A stretch of DNA of 64,000 nucleotides from an uncultured Clostridia bacterium (lineage in GTDB: Bacteria; Bacillota; Clostridia; Christensenellales; Borkfalkiaceae). The notes under the pieces were generated by a model. The model worked only from the letters and a program-made list of their open reading frames with translations, made no database searches and had not been told where the DNA came from. The number at the start of each line of letters is the position of its first letter. Position 1 is the first letter of the stretch. Made by a program: the position numbers and the translations under genes. The DNA lies in the NCBI GenBank assembly GCA_934271265.1, contig CAKQRE010000016.1, positions 21,135 through 85,134 on the forward strand, given 5' to 3'. Shown here in pieces: positions 62,199 to 64,000 of the stretch.

Positions 62199-62765
62199 AT
62201 GAAAAACAGTTTAATCAAAACAATTTCATACATAGCGGTTCTGCTCGTCATCTCGCTTGTAATCGGGTTCGTAATATTTCTTACAAACGGTTTTACGGAA
62301 GCGCCTAAAAATTTCTATGTGGAAATAGGTAACGAAAGAGTTGCGTCGTCTACGGGCGGCTACACTTTTGAAAAAGGTAAACCTACCGACGTGAAACTGA
62401 TATTTATAGGGAACGGCAGTAAGGAATACTCCGTAAAAATCACACCGAAAACGGATTATGATTTTTCGTTTTTCGCAGACAGCGAAGAAGTAAAATTTTC
62501 GGCTGCGGACGATTATAGCGATTGTTTTAATATCGTAAAAAAGGACAACGGGTTCAGTATTGAGCCGAAAGGAACTTTATATACCGTTCTAATGCGGAAA
62601 TATTCCGAAAAAGATATTAAGATTGACAAATCGGCAATTCCCGACGGCGATATGTTTACGCTCGAAATTAAAGCCGCGTCAGCCGAAGCCACTGTCAAGA
62701 TAAATTTCAAAGTGCCTAATCCCGAGGCTGAAATCGTAATAGATCCGACGGAGATAATTATTTGA
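62199..62765 (+). CDS. N-terminally anchored membrane protein
   Basis: ATG 62199, 8 nt after AAGGCGG. TM segment ISYIAVLLVISLVIGFVIFL. Confidence 0.5.
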   Translation: MKNSLIKTISYIAVLLVISLVIGFVIFLTNGFTEAPKNFYVEIGNERVASSTGGYTFEKGKPTDVKLIFIGNGSKEYSVKITPKTDYDFSFFADSEEVKFSAADDYSDCFNIVKKDNGFSIEPKGTLYTVLMRKYSEKDIKIDKSAIPDGDMFTLEIKAASAEATVKINFKVPNPEAEIVIDPTEIII

Positions 62766-64000
62766 GATTTATCAAACGATTAGCCGTTTTATGCGCAACG
62801 CTTTGCCTTCTCTTTACGGGAATGCAAAGCACCGCAAATGTGGCTTTTGCGGAAGATAAAACGGCTACCGATGTTCTGGAAGATTTAAGCAGGGATAAGT
62901 CGTTCAATCCGGACAACTATCCGACCAAAACGGACGACTATTCTTTGCAGATAATTCAACTTGCCGAAAGCGTAGATAAAGAACTTTTCGTTTATATCTA
63001 CCAGCCGAGTGGAAAAGCCAAAGACTTCAAAGCGTCGTCTATCAACATTTCGACCACGATAAACGACAACATTTCGTATCTGAATTACAAACTCGAAATG
63101 CTAAATGGTAGCGGCGTGTTTTACAAATACAAAGTTTCGGGACTTACGGTCAAGGACGAAAGCGTGAGATATTACGCTATCAGTTCTATATATCGTCCGT
63201 TCGACGAAAGCATAGATAAACAAGCAAGTGGCGGCAATACCGTTACCGAAGTAAATTACGCAGTCAATAAGCAGTATGCCTTCGGTTCAATCAACGGCAA
63301 ACCGTATGTAAATTGCGTGGATATAGAAACCATCGTCGTTACGGATAAATTCGTGGGCTTTGTAAGGTATAAAGACGGTTTTAAACTATACGTTGGAGCG
63401 TGCGACAGCCATTTCGTGGCGTTCAACACGGACAAGCCCATAGACAAACTCTTGGAGGCGGACGTGTATTACACAACGCAAAGTTACGATTGGTCTTCTG
63501 CTCCCTTTGTCGGAGTAAAAGAAACTTTCGGGGATAAAGCGGACAAATACGCCTATCTCAAATACACGGATAAAGTCGAACATACCGGTGACGGCTTATT
63601 TGCGGGAACGTATAAGTGGGACAGAATTCAGACGATTGACGACTTTATAAAAGGCGAAAACCGCGAGAATATCTACCACGGCGCAGTCCTTGACGTAAAG
63701 ACTTCATCGAAACTGACGGACGAAGCCCTGACCGAACTCAAAGGAAAGAAATGGGTATTGCGTTTTACAGAAACAAGTTACTCTTTAAGCGGTTATTCGA
63801 CAACCGGTTCTACGTTTGAAAGTTATACGCTCGTGGGCGACGTTACCATACTTCGATTGAAGTTTGAAACGGACGGCATAACCTACAACTTGGGCGTTAT
63901 AGACAACAAGCAATCGGGCAGCAAAGATCCGTCCAACGAAACGGACATCGACATAAGTCTGAACAAGCGCGGAAAGATGATTTTGTATCTCTTGATGCTC
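62762..64000 (+). CDS. secreted protein, 3'-partial (absent from the ORF track)
   Basis: My translation from TTG 62762 (GGAG 8 nt upstream; TTGA overlap with the previous stop) stays open for 413 codons to the window edge. Signal peptide RFIKRLAVLCATLCLLFTGMQSTANVAFA. Confidence 0.6.
   Translation, partial: MRFIKRLAVLCATLCLLFTGMQSTANVAFAEDKTATDVLEDLSRDKSFNPDNYPTKTDDYSLQIIQLAESVDKELFVYIYQPSGKAKDFKASSINISTTINDNISYLNYKLEMLNGSGVFYKYKVSGLTVKDESVRYYAISSIYRPFDESIDKQASGGNTVTEVNYAVNKQYAFGSINGKPYVNCVDIETIVVTDKFVGFVRYKDGFKLYVGACDSHFVAFNTDKPIDKLLEADVYYTTQSYDWSSAPFVGVKETFGDKADKYAYLKYTDKVEHTGDGLFAGTYKWDRIQTIDDFIKGENRENIYHGAVLDVKTSSKLTDEALTELKGKKWVLRFTETSYSLSGYSTTGSTFESYTLVGDVTILRLKFETDGITYNLGVIDNKQSGSKDPSNETDIDISLNKRGKMILYLLML

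Larger units (their letters stand above)
53980..64000. mobile_element. second serine-recombinase element (left end near 53.98-54.07 kb, right end beyond the window)
   Basis: Abrupt shift to AT-richer sequence after the host terminator. It carries a recombinase, a LexA-like repressor, a sigma-like regulator and unknown exported proteins. Confidence 0.6.

Overview
This window looks like a Firmicutes/Clostridia-type chromosome; that assignment rests on gene content and RBS style only. GC and AT statements are by eye, not computed. It has a host backbone interrupted by two AT-richer serine-recombinase mobile elements. Backbone: a J-domain/DUF5685 cluster, rumA/rlmD, degV, an unlisted DUF1540 mini-gene, mutY and an ECF S-component. 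A nine-gene purine operon (purE-C-F-M-N, IMP cyclohydrolase, purH-D-L) sits behind a ZTP (pfl) riboswitch. A T-box-controlled cysE-cysS is followed by a short alaS. An ~18-kb glycan-utilisation locus carries GH78, SGNH, GH5-like, AraC, GH2, a large Ig-like lipoprotein, two ABC permeases, two paralogous binding proteins and one more GH. Element 1 (~4842-11898, ~7 kb) is an integrative mobilizable element inserted in-frame in the 3' end of rumA. It carries a MobV relaxase, an oriT-like hairpin, a large serine recombinase, and a nucleotidyltransferase and a DUF1016 nuclease as cargo. RumA and the recombinase appear to exchange C-terminal coding ends at the att sites. Element 2 (~53980 to beyond 64000) encodes a second serine recombinase, a LexA-like repressor with a Cys-Gly scissile site and a sigma region-4-like protein. 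It also has a three-copy promoter-like motif and an operon of uncharacterised exported proteins. Element 2 is the best candidate here for something undescribed. No CRISPR, rRNA or tRNA was seen.
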